Positions 39,073-54,615 of a DNA stretch of 64,000 bases are shown here, in pieces. The position numbers and the translations under genes are program-made. Positions within the stretch are counted from its first letter, which is position 1. Each line of letters opens with the position of its first letter. Location: the NCBI RefSeq assembly GCF_009914755.1, contig NC_060938.1. One strand, written 5' to 3'. This DNA is from the human T2T-CHM13v2.0 reference genome, Homo sapiens. The notes beneath the pieces are model-generated. The model saw only the letters and a list, made by a program, of their open reading frames with translations, made no database searches and was not told the DNA's origin.

Positions 39073-40346
39073 AAATGGAAGATTGACAAGCGATCAAGAT
39101 TCATTCAGCTCAACAAGTATTTTGAAAAAGGAAAGAACTGTATGGTTTAAAGTTCTCTCAATAAGTAAAATAGCATTTTGCCTTACTTCCTTCTCCTCCC
39201 CAATTCCCTCAGCACAGTCCTAATTATAAACTGAATACCTTTGAAACCTCCGTGAAGCACCTTTCCTATTAAAGGTGACAATGCTGACATAGCACCAGCA
39301 CTGCCTTTAAGGTGCTTTTCTCTGGAGTACTGGCCTCGCCCTAATCTATTTACTTCATCTTTCTCAGCATCTCTTATGAACAGGACATACATTTCCAAGA
39401 CAATGGGTCCAGACCAGAAGTGCAGGCTGTGCCCCCAGAACACATGGAAGTTGCATACAAACGCAGAATTAGACCACATTTAAAACGCGGTGGAACTTGG
39501 CTGATTTGCTCCCTCTTGGCCGTCCATTTGAAGTGTGCAGTGAGGACCCCAAGTCCTGATCTCATCATTCAAGAGATGTTAAAATGCCTGCGGTGAATCT
39601 GACTTTAATTTACCACGACTGCTAAAACAGAGGCTTTGGAAACGAAAGCAGTAGCAAGTCTCCCATGTGAGGCCAGAGCTCTCGAGGGGCATTTAGCAGC
39701 AGCAGATTTTACGTGTATGAATCCAAAAAGATTAATGTGTCTTAAATATTTCTAGCAACCTTCCAGGTTCCCAGTTCATGGCTCAGCAGGAGAAAGGCAA
39801 GGGGCTCGTTCATTCATTCATTCACTATAAAAGGATTAAAATAGACCTCGGTTTTTCTGGCTTCAACCCTTGCCTCCTTTTTCCTTTTTCTTTTTTCACC
39901 CCTGCCCCACCCCCTACTTTTTTTTGTTACCTCCCCTTCCGTGAACCCTGACTAACAGACAACCCACATGCTTATAAAAACAGCTCTTGAAAGAACAGTT
40001 CTGACAGTTACTGGAATGAGATTGCTCCAGTGCTCCCAAGCAGGAGGCATAAAAAACCCAGAGCAATCTCCAGCTGTTCCAAAGGCAGATTGTACAGCAG
40101 TTAGAGATACAGAAAATTGCAACCTCCACCAGACCACAAGGACAGGCCCCCACTCTTCTCAATCTTTGAGACCCCCAATACTGCTTCGTCTTGGGGAGTT
40201 TCTAGGTCTTCAGATCTAGATTCCCATCAGTTGAATGAAGCCTTTAACCTGAGTTTGGATCACTTGAACTATTGATTTTTCCCTGACACAACGAATGTGT
40301 ATTGACCATCTCCTCTTGCCAACTACTTATCCAGGTGCTTTGGGTA

Positions 40347-40933
40347 TGTTGGGGCTCAGATAACAATATGCCAAAGTGAAAAACTCAGAAGCAGCCTCAG
40401 AAGCAAACATTTATCTCTGACCTTCTCCTGCTCTCTTATCCCTCAGTTCCTTTCTCCCGCAAGGCAGGTCATAGAAACCAGAACCCCCTTTCCCCAAAGC
40501 CAGCCATAAAACCTAAAAAAGCCTTACTCTAACTTTCCCTCTGCCTTTCTATGTAAAAACTGGCCATAAAGAAATTATCTGACTTACCTTGTTTAGGTCA
40601 TTAGGCTGCCATTCCAGAGAAGGAGGAAATGCATTCTCAGAGAAGCCAAGAAGAATCTAAACAGGCCTTGCTGGGCTTCCCAGCTCAGTCTATAGCTAGC
40701 ATTAGATGTTACCCTTTCTGCCCAATCATATTTCGACACAATTGTCCAGACTTTGTTGAACCTAAGCATAAAAATGGACAGTTCCTCTGTTATCCTTGAG
40801 TCTTCATTCTGAAGGCTCCTGTGTATACACATTAAAGAAATTTGCATGCCTTTTCTCTAGTCTGCCTTTTGTGAGTTGATTTTTCCACAAACTTTCAGAG
40901 GGCCAAAGGGAAAGCTCTCTCTTGGCCCCCACA
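40347..40933 (+). mobile_element. MER39B-like ERV1 solo LTR inserted in an antisense L2 end
   Basis: tgttggggctcaga start; cagaagcagcctcagaagcaaa; cttggcccccaca end. Confidence 0.8.
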
Positions 40934-43046
40934 GCTCTATCAGTGAGCAGAGTAAAGAAAAGACTTCCTGCTCTCATGCAGTCTACAACCTGGCCATCCA
41001 CAAAACCACGGGCTGCCTGCTTTTGGTTGGGACAGTGGTTTTATGTAGGGGAGCCATAAACGTAATGATTGAAGTAGAATTCTAAGTTTCTAGACCCACT
41101 GCCCATTCCCCAAATATTGTTTATGACCATAATCCTCTCTCTGACTTCCTATTTTCATTCTAAATTGGAATAAATGACTTGGTCTTTGCCAAACACTGCG
41201 TGTTTCAGAAAGGACTTCCAAAAGGACTTTCCAGAAAGTACCAGACTCTTAGGAATCGCATGAGGTGGGAGATTAAAAATACATTCTTAATTTATTTGAT
41301 AGGAGCAATGGGAGGTCAAATAGCTTACTGATTTCTCTATGTCTAAGTCACCAACTCATTGTGTTTGCTGAGAATTACTAAACCAATAAATGAAGTACTA
41401 CCGGAATGGTCTTTTATTGTCTAGAATTTCTGGTGTATGGTGATAATAAAAAGCGAACTGACTTTTAGTTAGTTTTGTTTTTAAATTCTCTCCAGACAAT
41501 GTACCTCTATTTTGCCTGCACCCTGATCTGACATTCCCAACCTTTCCCCTCCCTTGGGACACCACAGCTCTTATTTCAAATATTTTCTTAGATCTATCTC
41601 ATCTAGAAAGTCTCTTCTGACAAATCCATGCCAAGCTGACTCCCAATATCTGTTTCTTCTGCGTTTTTCTGTAGCTGTTATACTCTATATCTTTATAGCC
41701 CTTATTTAAATGCAGTGCTAAATGTGTTTAACTATTGCTTCCTATAAATCATGTTTCTCCTCAAACAGAATTTAATGAGGGCATAACTGGGTCTGGCATC
41801 CATCACCTACCAAATGACAGAAATTGTTCATCAATTGGTAGTGGATGAAGGTGTGGGTGGTAAGTGCAAACCAGTACCTCGCAAAGGCCCTGCTCCCCTC
41901 ACTGTAGGAAAGCGTATCAATGCCCCAGCCTGGGCCCAGGTTGTGCTCCTTGCAGAGACTCAGCTACATCTAGCAATGTCTAATGACCTAGTGCAGCAGC
42001 CCACCAAGTGTCTCCTAAGAGGAAGTGGGGAGTCAGGCCAGTGAGCGTAATCTGGCAGCAACATTTCAGGAATAATGGGCAGAATGATTCTGAGTACGGG
42101 GTGGGCACTTAGGCTTGGGTTAGAGGGAAAAAAAGGAAGGATGTAAAAGCTCAGCGAAACTTCAGGGCCCCAGTTGTACTGCTGGGGACCTCTGTAACGA
42201 GTCTCACAAAAGGTTGGGACTCTGCCCTCCTTTGCCACAAATTCTTATGCAGCTTCCACAGCATGGTCTCCAGACAATGACAGGAGCCCTGTGCAGAAGC
42301 AATATGATGAGAAAAAATAGCATCAGGAAGGGATTGTAGTGTCTGACAAAGGCAGTGCCTGTCAGGGATGGTCAAGCCCAGCAGGTGCCACCTGTTAATT
42401 GTAAAACCCTAATATTTATTAAAAACATAACTTTGCTCCCCGCACTAAGCTAGTGTACTTTACGCATGTTATTTTAATTGTTCACCATCCTATGAGATAG
42501 TTTCATCTCATGGATACGGTGTTATAGAATCAGCATGGTAACTGACTGGATTTGTTCAAGAACACACAAGGCACACCCCAGGAAACAGACACACTTGTGG
42601 GGTGAGCTGGCCAGGAACTGAATATCAGATGAGTGTTTCCGGTGGCTGTTTTATTCATGTGACCCCATTCAATTTCACAGATTGGTGAACCCCTGGAAAA
42701 TGTGGGTGGTAATAATAAAGTAATCATACTGGGTTAAGGAGAAGGTAGATAAACACAAATCACAAATAACACAAAGTAATCTATGCTCAAATATCCGGAG
42801 GGATGGCACTGTCCTGACAACCCCAGGATAGCTCTGTAACTAGGAGGAAACTGATTAGCACTGATTGCTAGCAGATTGCTGTCCCCTGCAGGGCGAGAAG
42901 AGAGAAGACACGCCTTGGGGATGTGCATGAGGGTGGGAAGCTTCTCACCATCCTCCCTCTCTCCCTGCCATCCTTAGGGGAGGCTAATTAGCTGGTGCCT
43001 ATTCCTAAGCCCCAAAGAAGTGACTGCTCCTTCACTACACTTAGGT

Positions 43047-43227
43047 CAGTGGTCTCAACTTCAGCTACTGGGTGTTAGAACCACCTGGGGGTTTTAAGAG
43101 CGTCCCCATTCACCCTTTCAGAGATATATAATGTACTCGGTCTGAGGTATGGCCTGGGGGCATCAGGAATTTTTAAAGGTCCCCCAGCTGTTTCTGATGT
43201 GCAGTTGCTAAGGTTGAAAACACCTGG
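43047..43227. mobile_element. MER5-family element
   Basis: cagtggtctcaac...tttctgatgtgcag...ggttgaaaacacctg. Confidence 0.7.
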
Positions 43228-43877
43228 GTTACAGCAAGCCCTGATACAGGAGAATTGATTGCACTTACATTTATTGAGCAACTATTATCCCCCAGCCATT
43301 GTGTTGGGTGCTTTATACAGATCCTTTATAACCCTTAAAATCAACTTGCAAGTGGCTATGATCATCTTAAGGTTGAGTCAAGGTCACAGACAGTGCATTC
43401 CATTTGCCAGTCCCTAAACCCAATCTTTTTCTGCTAAATCTGTTTCCTCTTCTGGAAGGACAATACCGTCATTCCAAACACCGAAAGAGAGATAAAAAGA
43501 GATCACAGACTGTCTTCTCAGACACTCTTTGTTAAAGATATCTGTGAAGAATTGTGAAGAGAGGCTCTATGACACCTTTTCCACAAAGATTGCATAATTG
43601 CCATTGAACCTGCCTCCTTCCTCGCAGTTTTGCTGCCCATACCTCCAGAAAGGGTCTGTCTCTGTTACCTGCTACTTCCTTTTTCTCATCCTTATAATAG
43701 CACTCATTCCTAGTGCTATGCTAGGTGCTAAAGGATATAGCAGAGATGGGGTACACAGTGCTTGTCTTCAGGAAAATCCTGACTTCGGTGATTGAGTGAC
43801 AAGTATTAAATGAAACTACTTTGGAATAGTAATATAGAGAAGGAGGCTAATCACGTGAAAAGGCCGTGAATTGCTCT

Positions 43878-44042
43878 AACTCCTTATTTAAAATGTGGCC
43901 CTTAGACCAGCTGCACCAACATCATGTTAGAACTTATTAGAAATGCAGACTCTCAGGCCCCATCCAGACCTACTGATTCAGAATCTGCATCTTTAACGAT
44001 CCCTGTGTGATGCATTTGTACATTAATGTTTGAGAAGTCATG
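43878..44042. mobile_element. MER5A/MER5A1-like element
   Basis: ttagaaatgcagactctcaggccccatccagacctactgattcagaatctgcat. Confidence 0.82.
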
Positions 44043-44280
44043 GTCATGAGCTGTAGCAGCATTACTTTGGTCCCATTTATTTGCAGTAGGAACACCTGTT
44101 TTATCCTTTCTTTCTTTTTTTTTTTTTTTTGAGAACTAGAACCGCCCCCCCCCTCCCCCACAACACACACACTTTTTTTAAGGGCATAGTTGCAATTCTC
44201 CCTGCCCTTCTTAAAGCACAGAAAACCAAGATGAGCAGAGAACTGGGATCTTGTTCATAACTAAGTCTTTTGTAAGGCTT

Positions 44281-44290
44281 CCTTATATGG
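44281..44290. promoter_or_regulatory. CArG box (SRF consensus), function unverified
   Basis: CCTTATATGG fits CC(A/T)6GG. Confidence 0.35.
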
Positions 44291-44628
44291 CCCCAGGTGC
44301 CCTGGCACAGCTGCTGATATTTAGTTACATTCTGCACCAGCAATTCTAGCATTTGGGAATGAAATTCATTTTTCTCTCTCTGGATTATGAAGGCCCGGGG
44401 CAAAGGAGGTGAAGAAAGCGGCACTTGGAGGAAATCTGTATTGGAAGTATCAGGTGTGGCAGTGAAGTCAGAAGCATTTTCATTTTAGGTTCTGGCCTTT
44501 TATTTAGGCCTTGGCAATCTATCCCTTTAAATGGAGATGGGAGAATTTCTTTAATAAGGCCACAAAGAAAGATTTGTAGTTCTAAATGGCTCAACATTTG
44601 ACTCACAAGCCCTCATATTGAGTTACAC

Positions 44629-44638
44629 CCTAAATAGG
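44629..44638. promoter_or_regulatory. CArG box (SRF consensus), function unverified
   Basis: CCTAAATAGG fits CC(A/T)6GG; AP-1 TGACTCA at 44599-44605. Confidence 0.3.
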
Positions 44639-47600
44639 GTTTGTGTTCTGTTTGCAATAATTACTCTTGGAAACGTTCAGTGAAGTCTTCTCGATCATGA
44701 TCTTCAAACACTTGTAATATTAATTGTTCCATTTAATAAGGAAATCGCAGCCCCATTTAACCTTACGTCAGTGTATGATTTTCATTTAGTCAAGTAATGA
44801 AGTGAATAGGTTCTTCAGATCCTGGATCTCTTTAATGAAACTGTTCTGCAACTTGTTTTATCATTAAGAATAAAGACCCACCTTTGCTATTGAACATAGC
44901 CAGAAACAAAACCTACTCAAAGGGAGGAATGAATTTGCACAGACTGGGAAACTCTGGAGTTCAAAGAATGTGGGTGACTTTGAAACAAACTGTGTTGATT
45001 CTTGCAAAGTTGCAGAATTATGCAATATAATGTTTGCATTTGGAAGAATTAATTATGATCCCAAGTCATGGGTTAGAAATATAATTAAACTGATTAGTGT
45101 CATAGGATAAAAATAAAAAGCGAGGTTGTGACAGCTTCCCGTGTCCCCCTTTCCCCTCCCCCAGAAAGGCTCTTAAAGGAACTTTTAAAACATAAGCCTT
45201 TGTTCCCTCGATCTACGGTGCCCAGGTCAGGCGGACCCTGCGGCGTGGCTGAAATATTTCAAACAGTCACTCACAAATGTGTCATTTGACCTGCTGTTCT
45301 TCCAAAGAGGTATGAAAAATATGTTTCTTGCTGAGATAACTTGAAATCAAATAAACATAATCTCTTTAATTCTTTCTAAATAGTTCCATATTTTAAATCT
45401 AAACACAATAGAACACAAAGCTTCTGGTTTTAAAAAAAGTTTTTTTATTTTTTATGTGTGTGGTGGTGTTGGATTTTTCTTCCTTTTAGTTCATGTTAGT
45501 TTGAATGTAAGAGTATAATTTACATTTAAAACCGTGGGAATATATTTCCCTCAGTTTGGAGACACACACAGCATATGGCAATGAGGTTACTTGGTTAAAT
45601 GTATAAGTTTGCTTTTATGAGTGCTATCTTTAACAAGGACAGATGTTCTTACTTATATTAACCATCACTTGACAGACCAGAGGAGTCTTCACCATGGCTT
45701 GCAACAAATTGAACAATATTTTCTTATGTAAAATTGGTTCTGGTCCATTGTTTTTATTTATTCGAAATAATGGCACTCACTCAAGTTTGTAATAACACTG
45801 TCACGGCTGAAGGGAGTTTGCTTTAGGTATTATATCTATTATCTGCTCCCTCTCCTTTCTTTAAACAGAATCTCTAAGGGGAAAGTCTAAATGTGGCTCA
45901 GATTTAAGAAGAAGAAGAAGAAAAAAAAAAACCCAAAAGCTTCGCTAAAACCTCACGGTGTAGGATGTTATTTTAGATTGTTTTAAGATTTTTAATAATT
46001 CTTGTTTGTTTGCCTTTGGCTTTGAGCATTGGATAAAACAGAACTTGCCTTATTCTTAGGGGAGAATTACATGGCGTGGAGTTGTCACACAGTGCTCCAT
46101 CCATTTTCTTTGCTGTTTTATGAGGCAATCCTACCTAACCTTTTGCCCAAACAAGAAGTATTTACCTAGTACTCCCCAGCAGTGGATACAGATAGCAGTT
46201 TGGAAGTGTTTGCTTTTCTTCACCACCACTAGAGTATGCTCTAGTGCCATAAGATCTGCATGTTTTTTTCTTTAGATTGTTGGCAAGGTGGATGATGAAA
46301 TCCCTAGAAAAAACAAAACAAAAAAACACCTTTCCATCTAATTATAGAAGTGTCCCTTTAATTGTCTTAGTAAGACTGGATTATGTTCGCCAATTTGATT
46401 AAGGTAGAACTGAAGACAACTTCAACATTCACGCATGTCAATATTTTGGGTGAGTTTATATTTTGTATTTGAAGTTGTTCTACTCAGCTCCAGTGCAGTG
46501 GTGAGAAATACTATGTCCCTTCCATCCACAAGCTACATTTTCTGGCAATAACTCTTTCACTTATAAGCATCACTGTGGGCCCAGCACATGAATGTGTGGT
46601 GAGGTTACTTGGGCAGAATTAACACCTTCGAAGACAGAAAGGTGTCTGCAAGCCAGGATGGATGTGTCTCCCATTTTTGTTCATCTCCACCATCTTTAAA
46701 AAACCAAAACAAACAAACAAAAAAACCTAATCGCTATCTACGTGGCAGACCTTCATCAATAGCAATACATTCTCTAGAATTAGAAGGCTTAGCTTGAGGG
46801 TCTGCTGCCCTTTTCTCAAATCCCTGGCAGAAGCCCCCGCACTTGATCTTGGGTGCCCGGGGTAGTGGTAAGAGCACAGTGCAGGATCCCCGTGGTGGCT
46901 GGCTATGCTGGAGAACTGCTCTGTGTTCATCACTGTGATTCCAGCACATTTGAGCAGCGCCTCTTCCTTCATCCCTCTATTAGAACATCTTCATTCTTAT
47001 CTTCCATCTTCCTTTCTCCCTAGGAGAGGGCAGGTCATTGAGATTCTCTCTTAGTACTGTGGCCCTTCAGTTCCTTTTATGCCTCTGGTGACCTAACGTC
47101 CTTTTGCTCCTGGACATTTAAACAGCTTCAAACCCCAGATAACTTCCTCCTCAGGTACATTAATCATAATTTCTCCAGCAAAGGCTAAATCAAGGTCCTT
47201 ATAGCTGGGACTGTTTGTCTCCCTGGATGTCTAAGACTCCTGCTCAGGGTCCAGTGACTACCACCTCTGGGTCTTTCATTCTCCTTCTGACCAGAGAAGG
47301 TTGCCCAAGACTGCTTTCCCAAAACTATGTGACTGGGTCTGCCTGAACAGATGGAGGCCCAGCTAAGAGGGAAGCTTTGTGTGCCAACTTGAACAGGTTG
47401 GCTCCAGAGGGACCGCAGTCCAGAGAGCCATCTGAGATGGCCCAGACTGCCACACTTCCTTTGCCTCTAGATGGGTTAAAGGGACCCCTGTAGATGTCAA
47501 GTACCACCTGCGTGGTACTTGATGATCCTCTATTCCTGTGAACATCAAGTTAGATTCAGAGTCGATGGCGTTCCAGCTTCCTTTTCAGATGGTGGTGAAT

Positions 47601-48984
47601 GCTCTTCAGTTGAAGCTGTCTCTTGCACAACGGGGACACAAAGAGGTATCTTGGGAGATTTAGAAACACCCCTTCCAGTAATCTCCACCCAGCCCCTTTC
47701 AAAGCCACCCCAAATAAAAGTAGAATCTAAACAAAAGCAGTGCACCTGCTATGCAGGTACAACTTGAAGCCAAGTCATGTAACGAGCGGCCCTTCCAAGT
47801 TCTAACAACAGCCCCATCCCTACGGACATCAAGTCATCATTCTTCTGGTGTGGAGACCCCACGCTGACTCCTGAACAAATCCTTAAGACTTCTGTTCCAG
47901 AGACTTAGGAGAGCTAGCCCCTACTGGGCTCTAAGCCTCTGGGGATAAATGAGCACAATCTGCCCTATTCCTTATCCTGGGGTTCTGTCAGGACCAGGAG
48001 CCCCCAGAGTGCCAGGTTCTATGGACCTCAGAAACCTCTGAGAATACCCATGAAGTTGGCTTATGTGGTTAACAAAGCTCCCGCACTGACTCTCACTGGC
48101 CCTGAGTCTCCTCCTACTCTCTTGAAGTTTCTTCTGCCTCTGTGCTTGTGTGACTTGCAGACATCTTTGGGCAGCAAAAGCAAAAGCATACCCAGCAATC
48201 TTCTTCTTCTTACCTGGGCAGCAGCATAAAACTATGCATAGAAAAAGCACAGGCTCCAAATTCCTCCACTTGTTAGTGGTGTGATCTAGGAGGATTATGC
48301 AAACTTTCTGTGCCTCAGTTTTCTTTTTTGAAAAAGAAAGGTAACATGTGACACCAGGCTTAGTGTGGCATACTGCCATCCCCAAAGTGAAAATCAGTGC
48401 TATCAACTGAGGCAGAGAATTCGTCAAGCTAAGTGCATTAACTGATCCATTCATCTGAAGTTGGTTTACTCAATCATATTTGTCAAAACCTCCTTTAAGT
48501 AGGAAGTATTATATTATTCCTTCATGGATTGATATCACTTATCAAACAAGCTGTAATTCAAATGGCAAATGTTTGACAGACTTGAAAAGAAAAAAAAATT
48601 CTGAGGTTTGCAAAAGCATAAATATGTTTTCATACCATGCTATTGAATTTTCCCCACCAAACATGTCATAATATATTGAGTTTTTTTGGTCATTACAATT
48701 ATTTAACTGACATTTATTAAATGTACTGTGGGAAAAGTTGGAGGTATAAAAATGAAAAAAAAAAGTTCCAATATATAAGCTACTCATATCCCACCTGGGG
48801 ATACAGCCACACACCTAGGAGCTGAAAAGACAGTTTGTCAAATAGAATTTGTGCATAATTATGGTTGCTCATAGTTTATGACGATGAATGCTATTTGATA
48901 CTCCTATATCAAAATACAAATGCATTTATATTTGGGAGTATTTTCCCCCAAGCAACTTTACCCGTTGAATATAGTGACAGGAAT

Positions 48985-49110
48985 GTGTATTATAGAAAGA
49001 ACTTTGGACTAAAACCCAGTTTCAGTTCTGCCATCAACCAGCTGTGTGGCTCGGGTGAGATGCTTAACCTCCCTGGTGTCAGCTTCCTTACCTGTTAAAT
49101 GAAGAGTTGT
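48985..49110 (+). mobile_element. MIR
   Basis: gttctgccatcaaccagctgtgtggctcgggtgagatgcttaacctc...ttccttacctgttaaatg. Confidence 0.75.
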
Positions 49111-49111
49111 T

Positions 49112-49347
49112 GCATGTTCTCACAAGTGGGAGCTGAACATTGAACACACATAAATGTGGGAACAACAAACACTGTGGATTACTAGAGGGTGGAGGCTGGG
49201 GTGGGTTAAAAAACTATGTACTGGGTACTACGCTCACTCCCCGGGCGATAGAATCAGTACTCCAAACCTCAGCATCACGCAATATTCCCATGTAACAAAT
49301 CTGCATATGTACCCCCGTATCTAAAATAAAAGTCGAAACTTTAAAAA
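49112..49347 (+). mobile_element. L1 3' end (old L1PA/L1PB4-like), 5' truncated
   Basis: gcatgttctcac...ccaaacctcagcatcacgcaatattcccatgtaacaaatctgca...tctaaaataaaag. Confidence 0.88.
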
Positions 49348-49557
49348 GCCCGAAGGGCTGTACCTTTAGATCAGTGGGACCCAGACCAAGCTAATCAAGA
49401 CCTGGGAAGCTCTAGAAATGTTCAGCTATTCAGGCTCTATCTGGAACTACTAATTAGCATTGACAAGGGTAAGCCCAGGAATGGGCAGTTTTGAAAAGCT
49501 CCACCAGATGTTTCTGATAATAAGCCATGTTTCAGAAATATTAATACTGCATTAGAA

Positions 49558-49876
<319 letters not shown>

Positions 49877-50478
49877 ATACCACGTTAGAAAACTGGCTAC
49901 AGTTGGTCTTTCATTGGCATGGCTCTCTTCGTACTCTATTTAAAGAAATACCTCAAGAAGAATCTCTCAAATTCAACTCATCTCCACCATCACCCTCCTT
50001 GCTCCTTGCTGACTGATTTTGGGACACGTTGCTTTGCACCTGCAGCGTTGGCCACACACCTCTGCTCCTCCTGTGTCCTTGGGGCCCTCGTCCACTGGGA
50101 GTCCCACACTGTTCTGACTGCTTGCGTTCTGCCCCTGTAGCTCACTAATTCCTATGTCTGAAGCCACTTACGGGGATAAATCCAGTTCCTCCCACCCCAA
50201 CCCCACCCCCACCACCCCTCTTATGCACATACTCAGGCTCTGGAGCCAATCCTAGCCCGAGACAAGGACACTTAAAAAACTAACTCCAGGACTCATATCA
50301 AATCAAGTGATACAGATGAGATAGCATCCTATCATAATTGGTATGTGGGCCCTGAGATGAAATTCCTGGGTTTGGATTCCTGCTCTGCTGCTCGTTGGCT
50401 ATGTGACTTGGCTATGTCAGCTAACCTGTCTGTGGTTCCCTTTTCCCATCTGTAAATGGGAATACAATATTTTTCTAT

Positions 50479-50811
<333 letters not shown>

Positions 50812-51256
50812 TAAAATGAGATCATGTGTAACAGCTAAGATTTTTGAGTGCTTACTTTGCGGCGGGCATTTTTCTAAGCATTGTGGGTCTATTCACTCAT
50901 TTCACTGGTGGAGATAGGTCTCAGACCCAGGCAGCCTCAGAATTCTTGGTCTCATCCACTATACTATAATTTATGTGATGTGTTTGATGAAGTACTTAGC
51001 ATTAGTAGGAATACAATAAATATTAATCTACAGAAAATCTGCCATGCGTTCATCCTGATTCTGATTCACTTTTTATTTAGGACACAGAATCTGGACTATT
51101 GCTTTATATGTTGTGACTATTCTTTTATCCTACAGTCCAATTATTGGTGGACTCTGCAGTGTTCTCTGAGACTCCAACTTACTACATTCTCCAGTCACCC
51201 ATTTCCCTCAGGACCTGGGTTCCTCCTGTTTCAGCCATCTTCTAAGAGATCCTAGG

Positions 51257-51564
51257 GGATGGGCACAGTAGCTCATGCCTGTAATCCCAGAACTTTGGGA
51301 CACTGAGGCGGGCGGATCACAAGCTCAGGAGTTTGAGACCAGCCTGGCCAATATGGTGAAACCCTGTCTCTACTAAAAATGCAAAAATTAGGCGGGTGTG
51401 GTGGCACGCACCTGTAGTCCCAGCTACTTGGGAGGCTAAGGCAGGAGAATTGCTTGAGAATCACTTGAACCCAGAGGGTGGAGGTTGCAGTGAGCTAAGA
51501 TGGCACCATTGCACTCCAGCCTGGGTGACAGAGCAAGACTCTGTCTCAAAAAAAAAAAAAAAAA
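51257..51564 (+). mobile_element. AluSg-like with 11-bp internal tandem duplication
   Basis: gagaattgctt-gagaatcactt at 51445-51466; TSD aagagatcc. Confidence 0.93.
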
Positions 51565-51910
51565 GAGATCCCTCACGTGAGGCCTTGCTGACCCCTGTGT
51601 CTTTAACCCTGGCAATCTTTGTGTTCTGGCTTCTGTCATCACCATGAGAAGGACATGATCATGCTAATTTAATGGAAGATGAGAGATACATAGAAGAGAA
51701 TTCAGTCACCCCAGTCCTCCCAGCCAAGGTCATCCTATCCCAGCTGGGAGCTAGCCAGCTGACCCTCAGACAGGCAAGCAAGTTTAGCCAAGATCAGCAA
51801 AGTCACCTTGCCAATTTCCCCAGATGCATGAGCAGTAATAAACCCTTATTATTGCATGCCATTGAGGTTTTGTGGTGTTTTGTTACATAGCGTTATTGAA
51901 GCAATAGATC
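51565..51910 (+). mobile_element. MLT1H-like LTR 3' part
   Basis: caccatgagaaggacatg...agccaagatcagca...gccattgaggttttgtggtgttttgttacatagc...gcaatagat. Confidence 0.7.
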
Positions 51911-52076
51911 CATAAATGTTAAGTAATGGCACATGGATGCAATCAATGAAAACCAGAATGTGGGAAATTGTCCAGGATAAATAATGTAGTTTCTTCTCTT
52001 GTCCTGTATATTCTCTCATCCCTGTATTCTGGAGGAAGAAATGTTATAGATTAAAGAAGACTTAAGAGACATATGA

Positions 52077-52472
<396 letters not shown>

Positions 52473-52526
52473 TAATCAGGGAAATTTAACACTAACAGCT
52501 TAGTAATATTAAAAAATTACTAATTT

Positions 52527-52847
<321 letters not shown>

Positions 52848-53655
52848 TTATGGTTATGTGTTTTTAAAGAAGACAATACTTCTGAGACATACATACTGAA
52901 ACATTCATGGATAAAATGCTATGATGTCTGGGATTTTCTTTAAAATAATCCAGTGAGGTAGAAAGGAGAGAGGTATAAATGAAATAAGATTAGGCATATA
53001 CTGATAAGTGTTACAGCTGGGTAATAGGTACCAGAGGCTCATTATACTATTCACACTAGTTCTATTCTATGTATGTTTGAACATTTTTTATAATAAAAAG
53101 TAAGAAAGGACAAAAAGGAAGGAGAGAAGGAAGGGAAGGATGGAGGGAGGAAATGAAACTTCCAGGGACAGAGGATGAGTCACAGAATGAGGTCAGGACT
53201 TGGGACCTGCTGTGGGATATTACTTATGACGAGAACCCCTGGCTGAGCTGTTAAGACCTACTTGTGCATCTTTTGGTGTTGAAGTAGGAGCAACCATTAT
53301 ATAGCCTCAGAGTAAATGTGGGAAAAAATACAATAGAAAATATGCATGCAAGCAATAATCTTAAGGCCAAAGAAGTTCTAATGGCATAACATAGAATCAA
53401 CAGATCTAACAAATGGGAAAATTCACACCTGAGGAAATAAGTACAATAGAGCAATCCTTAAGACATTAAAAAGAAAATAGCAATAATACAACAAAAACTG
53501 GAAGTTATGAGAAAGAATGTGCAATTTCATATGCACAACATATAGTTCAATTATGAAGTAAGAATTAGAAAAGTGAAGAATAAGAAGAAACTAGAAATCA
53601 TGAAAGTGAAGAATACAGTTGATTATTATACCACTAAAAAATTCATTAGATAGGC

Positions 53656-53828
53656 TAGCTGGGCGTGGTAGCACGCACCTGTAGTCCCAGCTACTTGGGA
53701 GGCTGAAGCAGGAGAATCGCTTGAGAATCGCTTGAACCCGGGAGGTGGAGGCTACAGTGAGCCAAGATGGCACCATTGCACTCCAGCCTGGGTGACAGAG
53801 CAAGACTCTGTCTCAAAAAAAAAAAAAA
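53656..53828 (+). mobile_element. Alu right monomer only, same 11-bp duplication, no TSD
   Basis: (gagaatcgctt)x2 at 53712-53733. Confidence 0.92.
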
Positions 53829-54267
53829 GACTGAAGAGGCAATAAGCACGTTGGAAGAAAGAACTAAGTCTCTCAAAATGTAGCTCAGAGAGATAAGAAA
53901 CAGGGAATACATAGCAGATGTAGAAACAAGGAAAAGCCCAGAGTTCCAGAAGAGAAGGAAAGATGGTATGATAGAGAAACAATCTTTGAAAAGATAATGG
54001 CTGACAATTTCTAAAACTAAAAGAAGATTTGATTCTTCAAGTTGAAAAGAACAAATGAGTACCAAACAGAATAAACTAGAAAAGATCTATGCTCAGATAC
54101 ATTACAGAAAAATTTTAAAACAATAAAGACAAAGTGAAAAAAAATCCTAAAAGCTGCCACAGAGAAAAGACAAAATAGCTAAGGGAATGATAATTTGATT
54201 GATAACAGATTTCTTGTCAATAGATTCCACGGGGAAACGAAAATGGAGTGAAGAAAAAGTGCTAAGG

Positions 54268-54615
<348 letters not shown>

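Noticed and set aside
44105-44175. Poly-T followed by gaga, resembling an antisense Alu tail
   Set aside because: No Alu body follows; treated as simple repeats.
47972-48454. Longest ORF (160 aa, - strand)
   Set aside because: Partly antisense MIR sequence, no recognisable domain, length compatible with chance in 64 kb.
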